From Octopus sinensis (taxonomy: Eukaryota), in the NCBI RefSeq assembly GCF_006345805.1, contig NC_043008.1, forward strand, positions 15,004,001 through 15,068,000: a stretch of 64,000 nucleotides of DNA, in the 5' to 3' direction. A program made the translations under genes and the position numbers. The notes beneath the pieces are model-generated. The model was not told the origin of the DNA. It did no database searches and saw only the letters and a program-made list of their open reading frames with translations. Positions 1 through 14,930 of the stretch are shown piece by piece. How positions within the stretch are numbered: the stretch's first letter is position 1; every line of letters starts with the position of its first letter.

Positions 1-988
1 ACGCCGAAGGCTGACTTATTTGACATCAGACATTTTAATGTTTCTCTCGTTCCCTCTCTGTTTATGTGTACGGGCATCTCGTTATGTTTGTGTGTATGAG
101 AAATATCTCTCTCTCCCTCTCTCTCTCACTCTCTATACTTATGTGCATATCTCTGTGCGAGAGAGAGAGAGAGAGAGAGTGTGTGTGTGTGTTTGCCTTC
201 AGTGCTAAAAAATGCTGCCACCAAAAACAGAATGAATGTCCAGCCATGCCAAATCGTCAGCGTCCAATCAGCCACGCACAATCATTTCATCCTTACAACT
301 GACTCAGTACTATTCAGATAGATCCGTTCGCAAACAAAGTTCAAATTTACTAAAGTTGACATTTTGACCGGCGCAACTCTTGGATCGATAAAATATTCAC
401 ATCAATAAATATCAACAACTTGACTTCGATGGAGTTTGAATTCGGAGCGCAAAATTCTAGGTCAAATACTGCTAGGTCTGTTGTCCGACGCTCTAACGTT
501 TCTGTCAATTTACCGTAAACACTAATTTAGTTTCAATTTATGGAATGAGAAGAATTAGTCGATTACACCGACCCCAGCGTTCAACTGGTCTTATTAAATC
601 GAGCCCGAATAGATGAAAGGTAAATTCGGTGGAATTTGAAATCAGGACGTTTAACCGGAAGAAATGCCGCTCAGCATTTTGCCTGGCACCCTAATGATTC
701 TGCCATTTCGCCGCCTTAAAGCACCAAATAATGTATTAAAAAACAAATAAATAACGGAGAATTCTGCAGACTGACCAATCATGACATTTGTGTGTGACTA
801 GGATGGACCGATTAGAATTAATAATTGAATCCATTAATCCGTTGTCTATCTTGTGTATCACATATGATACATCGGAAATATTTATCGAGCCTCCATTCAT
901 CATATATGATACACACTCCCGATTGTTTTTCGACGACCAGAGTAACTTGGGACTTATGAAAGGAGAGCTTGATATTACTCAGAACATA

Positions 989-1752
989 AAGGCAGCGAGT
1001 TGGCAGAAACGTTAGCACGCCGAGCGAAATGTTTAGCGATATTTCGTCTGTCTTTACGTTCTGAGTTCAAATTCCGCCGTAGTCAACATGCCTTTCATAC
1101 TTTCGGGGTCGATTAAATAAGTACCAGTTACGCACTGGGGTCGATATAATCGACTTAATCTGTTTGTCTGTCCTTGTTTGTCCTCTCTGTGTTTAGCCAC
1201 TTGTGGGTAGTAAGGAAATAGGTATTTCGTCTGTCTTTACATTCTGAGTTCAAATTTCGCCGTGGTCGACTTTGCATTTCATCCTTTCGGGGTCGATAAA
1301 TTAAGTACCAGTTACGCACTGGTGTTGATGCAATCGACATAATCTGTTTGTCTGTCCTTGTTTGTCCCCTCTATGTTTAGCCCCTTGTGGGTAATAAAGA
1401 AATAAGAAACGTTAGCACGCTGAGCGAAATGTTTAGCGATATTTCGTCTGTCTTTACATTCTGAGTTCAAATTCCGCCGTGGTCGACTTTGGCTTTATCC
1501 TTTCGGGATCAATAAATTAACTGCCAGTTGCATTCTGGAGTCGATCTAATCGACTGGGCCCCTCCCACCAAATTTCGGGCCTTGTACCTATAGTAGAAAA
1601 GAATCGTTTGCACGCCGTGCGAAATGCTTAGAGGTATTTAAATAGTCTGAGTTCAAATTCCAACTTTCCTTTCATCCTTTCGTGGTTAATAAAATAAGTA
1701 TCAGTTAATCACTCCCCTGAAATTGCTGGCCTTGTGCCAAAATTTGAAATCT
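989..1752 (+). mobile_element. Tandem array of four SINE family-1 units (tails B, B, A, A') inside one TSD
   Basis: tRNA-like head (AAGGCAGCGAGTTGGCAGAAACGTTAGC...GAGTTCAAATT). Junctions near 1221, 1405 and 1605. Flanked by the 17-bp direct repeat ATATTACTCAGAACATA (972-988 and 1753-1769). Confidence 0.88.
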
Positions 1753-2089
1753 ATATTACTCAGAACATACAAAACTAAGATTAACAAAAAACCTCAAAAA
1801 ATAAAGCATGGACGTTTACGATAAACTTATGAAAGTGATTTAGACAGACAAAACATTTCTATCTCATCATTTAAAAGGCCAGAATCGACTTGAAGTTACG
1901 ATTGAACGAAGGGTAATTGTCCAGTGTACTGTGATGGAACTCGGCACATCGAGATCGAAAACCAAACTGCGTAGCCACTTAGCTGATGCGACCATATTAT
2001 AGATATCAATGTGATATTTGGAAATGTCTACAAGTTAAAATTCCTGTCTCCTTTACATTAATGATATACAAATAGTTAAGTTAATATTT

Positions 2090-4230
<2,141 letters not shown>

Positions 4231-4914
4231 GTGTTAAATGTAATTATGTATATGTAGATATATTTCGCTATATTTTGCATATTTATAGGTGTAAATGTCT
4301 ATGCTTAAACAAATAGTCATATCAGCCAACACTAGTCCTATTTTCATTTTTCCTCTTACACAATGTCTGTCTGCCGTGTGTGTATGTTTGTATGTTTGTG
4401 TGTGTGTCTGTGAGTGCATGTATATATATATGATTGAATGTATATATGCATGTATGGGACTAACTGACATACGGATACATATTTTCCCCTAGAGATCGTT
4501 AAATATATCTGCAACAGAGCTGCATATAGAAACACGATCATGAGACCGTTTAAAGTTTAATTTAATTTATTTTTCTCCAAGTCAAGTATTTTCACCACCC
4601 CCACCTTCGAATTTTGCCTCCAGACTCTTCGTTTCCTCCTCACCTTCTTTTTCTGACCCACGTGAAAGCCATACAGTAATTCCTCGACTATCGCGGGTGT
4701 TACGTTCCAAAAGCCCACCGCGATAGGTGAAAATTTAAAACACTGGTACTTACTCCATCCATCTCTTTTGCCGAACCGCTAAGTTGCGGGGACGTAAACA
4801 TACCAACACCGGTTGTAAAGCGGTGATGAGGACAAACATAGACACAAAGACAGATATACATGTACATGCACACACGTATGTATATTATATATTATATATA
4901 TATATATATATATA

Positions 4915-4979
<65 letters not shown>

Positions 4980-5076
4980 ACAGGAAAGTTTACGAAAATA
5001 AACAAAAGACGAAGGCAGATGGAGTACAAACAAACAAATGTATTAGTATAGCGCTCAGGAATAGAAATAGAAAAAG

Positions 5077-5114
5077 TCTTTTACGTTTCGAGCCTACGCT
5101 CTTCGACAGAAAGA
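5077..5114 (-). ncRNA. Hammerhead-like motif with an A6U core variant
   Basis: TCTTT-CTGTCGA-A-GAGC-GTAG-GCTC-GAAA-CG-TA^AAAGA. Confidence 0.6.
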
Positions 5115-5399
5115 TACACAGAAAAGAAACAAGGAGAGAAAAAAATGCGTGTAGGAGCTAACGATCTATCATGGCGTCCTGACCATATACATACACCTAT
5201 ACATATGATGGGCTACGTTCAGTTTGCGTCTACCAAATCTATTCAAAAGGCATTGGTCGGCTCGAGGCTGTAGTTGAACATACTAGCCGTAGGAGCCATG
5301 CAGTGAGACTGAACTTGGAACCATATGGTTGAGAAGCAATCTCCTTGCTACACAGCGACGCATGCGCCTTGTGAACTATTACAAGTAATTTATGGAGGG

Positions 5400-5970
5400 G
5401 ACCGCGAAACGGTGAAGTGCATAAATGTAATATTATTACCAGTTTAAATACACGCGTGGCACGTTTGAAGACGTTTATAGGCCGTTCATTCTGCTGACAG
5501 AATGGTGTTAGTAATACCAATATTAGTTCGCGGCGCCACTTATATAGGCTGTGAGATACAAGCATTTCGGAGTAGTTAGCTCCTCTTCTATCACAGACTC
5601 TACGTAGGGGGACGTTGCGAACTGATAAAAGGGATTGTTTCGTTTATAATATTTCAGCATAGCCCTAATCAGTTACCGTACGGTGACTGGAATATTATGA
5701 GAAAACCAATCTCTTTTACCTGTCAACAGCACCACCCTGCCTAGTGTCTGGCCGAAGAGGAGACAACAACTCCAAAATGCTTGTGTCCCACAGTCTACAT
5801 AGGTGGCGCTGCAAACTGATATTGGTGTATTAATATCAGTTTATCTACAGCGAGAAATTTTCTCCAAGATAAAGCACAGTGAATGGCCTATTTACGAATC
5901 CAAACGTGCCACACGCGTATTTGAACTGGTAATAATGTTACATTTGTAGCAAATAATGTTTCGGTTTAGA
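5400..5970. mobile_element. Old foldback / long-TIR element
   Basis: Diverged inverted arms at about 5408-5588 and 5755-5962, e.g. ATTATTACCAGTTTAAATACACGCGTGGCACGTTTG versus its reverse complement, and GCGCCACTTATATAGGCTGTG versus CACAGTCTACATAGGTGGCGC. Confidence 0.7.
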
Positions 5971-6644
5971 GGCAATGTGATAACCATTTACTTTGTGTAG
6001 TATATTTGACGTCTCGAGATTCTTTAATTTATGTCTCAACCTTTTTACACAGTAGTCACATTGTTGGTTGCAGTTTATTATAAAACTAGTATTATAACCC
6101 GATATCATTCGGGTCTACTCGGGCCACATTTTATAGATGAAGAAGTTAAAAATAACACGAAAATTCTATTAAAAGTTAAAAAGAAAATGAGGGCAAAAAG
6201 CACTCGTTTTTTCACAATGAAAAATCGTTTCCTAGTAGCCGGAATTTCTCGACAAAATGTATGTTTAAGCACAACAGCCTGCAGTGCATGCCGCTGGGCA
6301 TTAAAAGCCAATCGCACAAACTTAGAGGGGCTCTGGGCCTCCTTGAATCGATAAAAAATCACTCTTTTTGTCCATAGCAACCACATCTTTATAGCTTGCG
6401 AATTTTAATCACCACGGGTCTCATCCTAACCAGGCATTTAGCATCCCTGCCAATTTTCAGCTCGATCCTAGCCTCGGTTTGGTCGCCATTAACCGTCAAA
6501 ACAAAATGTGCATACAATTTTCGTCCAAGGACTGTTTTATACATACAGATTCTTATAGGAACCCCTGTCATTAAATGTCTCGTTTCTTTGATGAGATTAC
6601 GATTTACGTTTCAAGCAAATATCTGTTTGTTGCTTATATCCATC

Positions 6645-7020
6645 CGCAATGGCCCAGTGGTTAGGGCAGCGGACTCGCGGTCATAGGATCGCGGTTTCGA
6701 TTCTGAGACCGGGCGTTGTGAGTGTTTATTGAGCGAAAACATCAAAAGCTCCACGAGGCTCCGGCAGGGGATGGTGGTGATCCTGCTGTACTCTTTCACA
6801 CAACTTTCTCTCACTCTACTTCCTGTTTTCTGTTGTACCTGTATTTCAAAAGGCAGGCCTTGTCACTCTCTGTGTCACGCTGAATATTCCCGAGAACTAC
6901 GTTAAGGGTACACGTGTCTGTGGAGTGCTCAGCCACTTACACGTTAATTTCACGAGCAGGCTGTTCCGTTGATTCGGATCAACCGGAACCCTCGTCGTCG
7001 TAACCGACGGAGTGCTTCCA
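6645..7020 (+). mobile_element. tRNA-derived SINE family 2 (octopus OK/OR-like), tail 1
   Basis: Head CGCAATGGCCCAGTGGTTAGGGCAGCGGACTCGCGGTC...TTCGATTC carries A and B boxes and ends CGACGGAGTGCTTCCA. A second copy lies at 11399-11770 on the minus strand. Confidence 0.85.
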
Positions 7021-7876
7021 TCCATCCACCTATCCGTTCGTCCGTCTGCCTGACCTTCCGTCCGTTCATCCGTTCATCTGTTTGTCTGTCTGTCTATCTA
7101 TTTTAACGATATTTATGAATACAGAGCTACTCATATCTGTGGTTATAGCTCAAGCTCTTTTAAATGATTTGTTGAGTGTTTCGATGAAAGGTTTCTGTTT
7201 ATGATGAATGGAAAATTTTCCGATGAAAAAAATACACGACGTGTACGTTTGTAGAGTAGTACTTTTAAACAGTTTTCTCTTTCGTTTTATGAATTCGAAC
7301 AAAATTTACAAGGACCTGGCAAAGCAGTATACATGATATCATGAAAAGCTTTTGAAATCAAACCTAAAAAAATCAAAAAGTTTCATCGTGATGTTAACAG
7401 TGATATTTTCAAATATTTCCCAAACCGTAAAAAAGCAACAGCAAAAAACGAAAGGAAATAAGAAACGAAACGAAAGGAACAACACGTGAGTGATCTTGAA
7501 ATTCATGAGAAAACAGGTGTTTATAGCGTTCAAAAACATCTATCGAACATCACTGGATTTGTCAGGGAACACTCTAAAAATATTAAAAACCTGTTTGCAA
7601 CCTTGTGGTTTCGAGTTCAGTCCCACTGTGCAGCATATTTGGCAAGTGTTTTCGGTAACGCCGGGTCGACCAATGCACTGTGAGTGATCTTGGTCGACGG
7701 AACAATGTGGAAGCTCAGGAGTGGCTGTGTGGTAAGTAGCTTGCTTACCAACCACATGGTTCTGGGTTCAGTCCGACTGCCTGGCCCCTTGTGCAAGTGT
7801 CTTTTACTGTCGACCAAAGCCTTGTGAGTGGATTTGGTAGACGGAAACTGAGGAGCTCGTCGTATATATGTATATG

Positions 7877-7923
<47 letters not shown>

Positions 7924-7988
7924 TATTATATATATACATATATATATATATCCATACAATATATATATATAATATAGATATATATATA

Positions 7989-8037
<49 letters not shown>

Positions 8038-8040
8038 CAT

Positions 8041-8078
<38 letters not shown>

Positions 8079-8639
8079 TATAAGTATATAGTGTAATAGA
8101 TATATATATATATATATGTACATATGTATTTGTGTGTCAGTGTTTGACAACCGATGCTGGTATGTTTACGTTCCTCTAACTTAGCTGTTCGGCAATATAT
8201 ATATATATATGTCTATGTGAGGTGTCTTTGCGTCAAACTCCTCCGCTTCTTGATAATCATTGCTGGTTTGTTTACGCTCCTGTAACGTAGCAATTCGGTA
8301 AAAGAGACCGTTAGAAGGAGTACTAATTCTAACGATTCTAACGATTCAACCAGCTCGTCACCCCAAAATAAGGAAGATAGCTTGTGTTGTTTTGAAAGCA
8401 TTTATACCACCTGACGTGATCGGACGAACAGGGGCTAAACACCTGGAAGCCATCTTGAATATTTCTGAAAACTCCCACTCTGCTCCGAGCAGCTGATGAG
8501 ATTGACATGTTCAACGCTCCCACGAAACTTTAAGTCATATGAAACAAATTACAATACTGTTATTTTGTGTTGAGTGCGACTTTCTTTTGTTTGTTCACTT
8601 ACTCGTACATGTATGTATGTGTGTATATAACTATGTAAG

Positions 8640-8685
<46 letters not shown>

Positions 8686-8963
8686 GTATTATATACATTT
8701 TTATATTTTTGTAATTTACTTAATCATTACTTTTTATTGTTATTTTAATTTTAACTTTTCTATTATATGTAATTTTCTAGATGGTGTAATTTAATTATTC
8801 ATTTTGAATTGATAAAAGGTGTTTTTTTTCTAATATTTTATATATATATTATATTGTGTGGAATTTGATTTAGTATTTCTTAATTGAATTCTTTTTCCTT
8901 GTAAGTTTGGATTTTATTCCCTCAAATAATAATTATATGTATATATATACATGTATATATATT

Positions 8964-9014
<51 letters not shown>

Positions 9015-9624
9015 GAGTGTGTGTGTATGTATCTACCTATCCATCTGTCTACGCGTATAATATCACTTTTTATTTTCTCGCTTACAGACATTGATATTAA
9101 TTTTTAAAGCTATTTATAAAGTATAAATAATTTCTTTAATTGTTATTTTTAATTTATCTTTTGCAAGCCATTGTCATTAATAATTGTTCAAACATATTTC
9201 CTAAAATAATTTCATTCTTTCATTTTCTCGATTACATTTTAGTTGGTACTAAAACAATGAATATTCTCAAAGAAGAGATAAGACATCTTTTTGTTAAAGA
9301 TGTTTTATCATTGCTATTTACTCATTAATTTTACATTTTTACAAATTATTTATTATTTGTAAAATACGTGATTAACAATAGCTGTCCCATTCAAACAATT
9401 ACGTAATTACCACTGCTTGTCTAAACGGACCGTTTTGAAATATGCTCTCACACATTTTGCTATCTTTCTCTGTAAAATAAATTATAAGTACACAAATAAT
9501 AAAAATAATGTAAGACTCAAAAATTCCGCACATTTACCCTCTTTTTTCAATAATCTTCTAAAATATTTCCAGAGAATATTTTTTTCACTTTCTGCTATAG
9601 GTAGATTCTTCAACCTCGTTTAAA

Positions 9625-9860
9625 AAACTTTTTCTTTATTACCCACAAGGGGCTAAACATAGAGGGGACAAACAAGGACAGACAAACGGATTAAGTCGAT
9701 TACATCGACCCCTGTGCGTAACTAATACTTAATTTATCGACCCCGAAAGGATAAAAGGCAAAGTCGACCTTGGCGAATTTGAACTCAGAACGTAACGGTA
9801 GACGAAATACGACTACGCATTTCGCCTGGCGTGCTAACGTTTCTGCCAGCTCGCCACCTT
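9625..9860 (-). mobile_element. Solitary SINE family-1 copy with tail B
   Basis: Full head, body and tail in reverse orientation. Imperfect 11-bp TSD CCTCGTTTAAA (9614-9624) and CCTCATTTAAA (9861-9871). Confidence 0.85.
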
Positions 9861-10329
9861 CCTCATTTAAATAACATCGAAGGAAGGCTTAAGATATATC
9901 ATTCAGACTCGCAGACTTGAAGAATGTGAGTAAAACAGTGAATCATGATGATAAGAGAATTAGTAACTTAAATTTTGAAATCCTAGTATTTACCCTAGAA
10001 TGATTACTGAATTTGCTAATATACTTCAGATTGGTCGATGGTGTGTGGTATGGGGAGTACGAATTATTATGTGAGTTAAGTGTAATATCTAAAAAGTTGG
10101 CCTTCGTTACATCATCATCAAAAATGATGCTTAAGTCCATTCTACGGAAAAACTTAACTAAACTATTCTAACTTTTTGTACTTTTTGGTCAGAAATATTT
10201 TGAAGGTAAAGGAAACAATCATCACAATATAGACCTCCATTTATGTTTGGGAACTGTTTTGCGATTTCAAAAAGTATTATATATATATAATATATATATA
10301 TTATAATATATATATATATATATAGTTAC

Positions 10330-10530
10330 CAAACATGAAAACACAAAGAGAAAACACAACAACGCGAGGACGTGGAACAAATATAGTATTATTGGACACT
10401 CAGGAAGGAAGGGAAGAAGGTGGGTTTTACGTTTCGAGCGGAGCTCTTCGTCAGAAACATAGGAAAAGGAAAGATCTAGAGAAGGGAAGACGGAGGAAAA
10501 AAAATCGCCAACGGTGCACACGCGGTCAAA
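10330..10530 (-). mobile_element. Penelope-type pLTR-like non-autonomous repeat, family H1
   Basis: About 200-bp repeat beginning TGACCGCGTGTG, carrying a hammerhead and ending at (TA)n. Also present at about 14688-14885 (+) and 36995-37195 (-). Confidence 0.72.
10424..10458 (-). ncRNA. Minimal type-I hammerhead ribozyme motif, intact core
   Basis: Minus strand: GTTT-CTGACGA-A-GAGC-TCC-GCTC-GAAA-CG-TA^AAAC. Helices I and II pair perfectly and the cleavage triplet is GUA. Confidence 0.8.
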
Positions 10531-10809
10531 GATTAAATCGGTTACTTGTGCCGAATCAGAACTTCCCATTATGACATCAAAACCATCTGGTGTGACTTTA
10601 TGGACCCACAACTTATTGTTAAACTTTATGATAGATTTTTCTTGCGGCCAACACAACATTAATTTCTTCCCTGGTGAGACCAGCTTTGTTATGAGCAAGC
10701 CAAAGTGCCTTATTAAGTACTGTTGGGTTGATGGATGAATAACAACTAGAAATGTCAAACTGGATAAACTTAAATGATGTAGCGCCCTCCCCCGCCGTCG
10801 TTGGAGAGA

Positions 10810-11125
10810 GTAGAGATTGAGTTTTTTAGTCGACCCTAATAATCAATGCCTCTCATGATGTCCATCCTTCTTGTTATTGACCTCTGGAGTGCTTCCACTT
10901 TCATAATGAGTTGCTTCGTCTGGGGATACCACAGTGGGCAACAGTACTCAAGGTGGGGTCGGGCAGAAGAAGAGTAGAGAAGGATGATGGTGTGGGTATC
11001 TCTAGACCGGAAAGTTCTCAGAATCCAGGAGCACATCTTGCGAGCCAAGTCAACCTTACTGTTTACTAGGGAAGTCCAGCTTAGATTGTTATCAACAATT
11101 ACTTCAAGGTCTCTGGTGTTCGACC
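10810..11125 (-). pseudogene. CR1/L2-group LINE RT C-terminal fragment
   Basis: RDLEVIVDNNLSW...ARKMCSWILRTFRSRD...LLYSSSARPHLEYCCPLWYP...VEALQRSITRRM. Confidence 0.8.
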
Positions 11126-11326
11126 ACGGCGGAATTTGAACTCAGAACGTAAAGACAGATGAAATACCGCTAAAGTCGCCTAAATATCATAGTGAGTCGC
11201 CCGAGGGAAGAGCATAAGGTAATTTCAGAGTATCCTCTTTTCCACAGTGAATCATATCAAACTTATCTTCATTTAGAAGCATATTGTTATGTATACATAC
11301 ACACATACACCACATAATATATATAC

Positions 11327-11380
<54 letters not shown>

Positions 11381-11398
11381 ATATGTATGTGTGTGTGT

Positions 11399-11770
11399 GG
11401 AAGCACTCCGTCGGTTACGACGATGAGGGTTCCGGTTGATCCGAATCAACGGAACAGCCTGCTCGTGAAATTAACGTGTAAGTGGCTGAGCACTCCACAG
11501 ACACGTGTACCCTTAACGTAGTTCTCGGGGATATTCTGCGTGACACAGAGAGTGACAAGGCCGGCTCCTTGAAATACAGGCACAAGAGAAACAGGAAGTA
11601 AGAGTGAGAGAAAGTTGTGGTGAAAGAGTACAGCAGGGATCACCACCAGCCCTGCCGGAGCCTCGTAGAGCTTTTAGGTGTTTTCGCTCAATAAACACTC
11701 ACAACGGAATCGAAACTGCGATCCTACGACCGCGAGTCCGCTGCCCTAACCACTGGGCCATTGCGCCTCC
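11399..11770 (-). mobile_element. SINE family 2, tail 1
   Basis: Reverse-complement match to 6645-7020 along its length. Confidence 0.88.
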
Positions 11771-12119
11771 ATATATATAATATTAAATTAGAGATAAAAC
11801 CACTATTAGGCAAATCAAACAGTGAAAATCATAAGCCAATTTAAATGTATATACATAACTGTGTGTGTATATGTTTGTGTGTTCATACATACACATAAAA
11901 AGGAAATTTCATGATCAATACGACAGTGCAGTTCGATTCCTGTTCTCGACACTGCTGCAAAGCGAATGGCTGGATTCCAGACGAAAACTTCACTTAAAAG
12001 CAACAGAATTTAAAACATGGTCTTGATCAACGAACAACTCTTTAAGAGAGTTTATTGGACTTATTGGACAATATCTGTTTAGTCTTAATGGATTTCCATA
12101 AATATTTACATACATTACA

Positions 12120-12144
12120 TACAATTACACAAAGAAACCTGTAC

Positions 12145-12187
<43 letters not shown>

Positions 12188-12449
12188 TATATATATATAT
12201 TATATATATATTATAATATATATACTTATGCACACTTATGTATATTGCTTAGACGTTCTGCTACAGGCGTAGTGTCCTTAGTCACTTGCCGTAAACAAGG
12301 CTCTTAATTGCGGATAGATATCTTTGATCACGAAAGGTCAAGCAACTCACTCGATTTAACGCAACATTAAATGGGATCATAATTATGTATGTATGCCTCC
12401 ATGCATGTATGTATGTATATATATATGTATGTAGGTGTACACACACACA

Positions 12450-12529
<80 letters not shown>

Positions 12530-12561
12530 TAGATATGTACATAGATAGATAGATAGATAGA

Positions 12562-12596
<35 letters not shown>

Positions 12597-13800
12597 GGAA
12601 TTTTTATATAAGCTTAAAGCTTATGGCGATTACCGTGCAATGACTAAAGAAAATAGCACCAAAATATATACACATACACACGCAGAGACACACAGACACG
12701 CACAGACACACAGACACGCACAGACGCACACACACACTGCAGTGTGATGGTGGTGATGATGATTATGGTTACTAGTTAACATGTGTTACTTTATTTATTT
12801 ATATATATATATATATCTATAGCGCATATGCTCATTTATTTATATGTAAATATTGTTATATATACATAAATATGTATATCTATACATTATCTGTATATGT
12901 ATATATGTAATATATATTAATGTGTATATGTATATATATATATATATATATACATATGTATGTATGTATGTATGTATGGTATGTATGTATGTATGTATGT
13001 ATGTGCGTGGGTGTGGCTGGGTGTGTAATTCACATGTGCGCATGTGCATATACGTTATATATATATATATATTATATTACTTTAACCGGCAGAAATTTGC
13101 AGAAGTGACTCATGGGCCGTGCACAGACCTCTTGGCCCTTGAGTCATACATATGACTCTCTGTCGATCAAAAATAAACGTCTAAAGCAATTACACTCATG
13201 CATTCTGTTCTGTTCTCGTGTTTGTTTCGCCTACCATATACATGCATACATACATACATACTTGCATGCATACATGTATACATAGTTACATACATACATG
13301 CATACATACATACATACTTGCATGCATACATGTATACATAGTTACATACATACATGCATACATACATACATACATACTTGCATGCATACATGTATACATA
13401 GTTACATACATACATGCATACATACATACATGCATGCATACATACATAATGCCTACATACATATACGCTTGCATACATACTTACATATATGCCTACATGC
13501 ATGCATACATATATACTTGCATGCATACATGCATATATACATACATGCATACATACATACATACATACATACACGCATGCATGCATAAATACATACTTAC
13601 ATGCATGCGTACATACACACATGCATACGTGCATGCATGTATGTATACATGCATGCATGCATACATACATACAAGCATTCATGCATACATACGTACATAT
13701 ATGCATGCATACATACATACATACATACATACATACATACATACATACAAGCATGCATGCATACATGCATACATACATACACATACATTATTTCATAGGT
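12120..13800. repeat. Microsatellite mosaic with a (CATA/CATG)n block and a 56-60-bp higher-order repeat
   Basis: CTTGCATGCATACATGTATACATAGTTAC recurs at 13261, 13317 and 13377. Confidence 0.9.
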
Positions 13801-14054
13801 GCACACACACAGGATTGTTGTTAAGAATCTTTTCTACTCTCGGCATAAGGAAAGAAATTGTGGGGTTAGTGGACCAGTCGATTAGTATGCATATGGTACT
13901 TACTTTATCGACCCCGAAAAGATATTTTCTAAATCTACCATTTCCGTTTTACCCGCTAAATACATTTACTCTTGTCTGTACCCATCTCTAATTGCTTATT
14001 CAGAACAGGAATCCTGTCTTGGTCCTTGTTACACGACTAGACTGTTTTAAACAT

Positions 14055-14432
14055 CTTTTTCTACTCTAGGCACAAGGCTTGAAACGTTCGAGGAGGGGGA
14101 CAGTCGTTTACATCGAATCCCACTATGCAACTGGTACTTCGATTTCTCAACCCCGAAATAATGAAAGGCGGAATTTGAAATCAGAACGTAAAGGCAGACG
14201 AAATACCTTTTTCTTTACTACCCACAAGGGACTAAACAGAGGGTACAAACAAGGACAGACAGACGCATTAAGTTGATTACATCGACCCCAGTGCGTAACT
14301 GGTACTTAATTTATCGACCCCGAAAGGAAGAAAGGCAAAGTCAACCTCGGCGGAATGTGAACTCAGAACGTAGCAGCAGACGAAATACCGTTAAGAATTT
14401 CGCCCGGCGTGCTAACGTTTCTGCCAGCTCGC
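14055..14432 (-). mobile_element. SINE family-1 dimer: a tail-B unit nested in a tail-A copy
   Basis: On the minus strand the order is head, body, tail B, GGTATTTCGTCTGCC (junction near 14207), body, tail A (...GCCTTGTGCCTAGAGTAGAAAAAGA). Confidence 0.8.
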
Positions 14433-14751
14433 CTCCCTGGATTGCTGTTAAGATTACACACAGAAACATATTGGTGGGTTTGTGGTTAAAGAGAAAGCTT
14501 CACACCCACGCCGTTTTCAGTTCAGTCCCACTGCGTGGTACTTTGGGTAGGTGTTGGGCCGCTCAAACCTTGTGAGCCCGTCGCATATATGTACATACGT
14601 ATTTCCGTTTGTTGTGTTCTTTTTATTCAATCCTTTGCACTCTGCTGTCTTTGAAAGAATTCTTTCTTCCCCTATTCCCTTCCGCGTGTGACCGCGTGTG
14701 TATCGTTGGTGATTTTCTTTCTCCGTCTTCCCTTCTTTGGGCTTTTTCTAT

Positions 14752-14786
14752 ATTCCTGACGAAGAGCTCTGCTCGAAACGTGAAAT
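14752..14786 (+). ncRNA. Degenerate hammerhead motif (cleavage site G)
   Basis: CTGACGA-A-GAGC-TCT-GCTC-GAAA-CG-TG. Helix I is weakened and H17 is G, so it is probably inactive. Confidence 0.5.
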
Positions 14787-14883
14787 CCTCTGTTTTGTCT
14801 TTGCTTTCCTGAGCGTCCAATAACACTGTACTTATTCCAAGTCCTCTCCTTGTTGTTTTTTCTTGATTGTTCATGTTTGGATT

Positions 14884-14930
<47 letters not shown>

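Larger units (their letters stand above)
9880..10780 (-). pseudogene. Penelope-like element reverse transcriptase fragment, split by the H1 repeat and (TA)n
   Basis: KSIIKFNNKLWVHK..FDVIMGSSDSAQVTDLI (10530-10700) continues as FPNINGGLYCDDCF..NFLDITLN..YSPYH..YISKFSNH (9900-10265). These match PLE RT motifs FDVxMGS and LYxDD. Confidence 0.78.

Noticed and set aside
8340-8527. Possible minus-strand exon (ORF 8338-8523)
   Set aside because: Splice signals are only plausible, there is no recognisable homology, and the adjacent sequence is a SINE remnant.
8490-8545. Hammerhead-like CTGATGAG...CGAAACTTTAAGTC
   Set aside because: The core words and a GUC triplet are present, but helix I cannot form and helix II is not closed.
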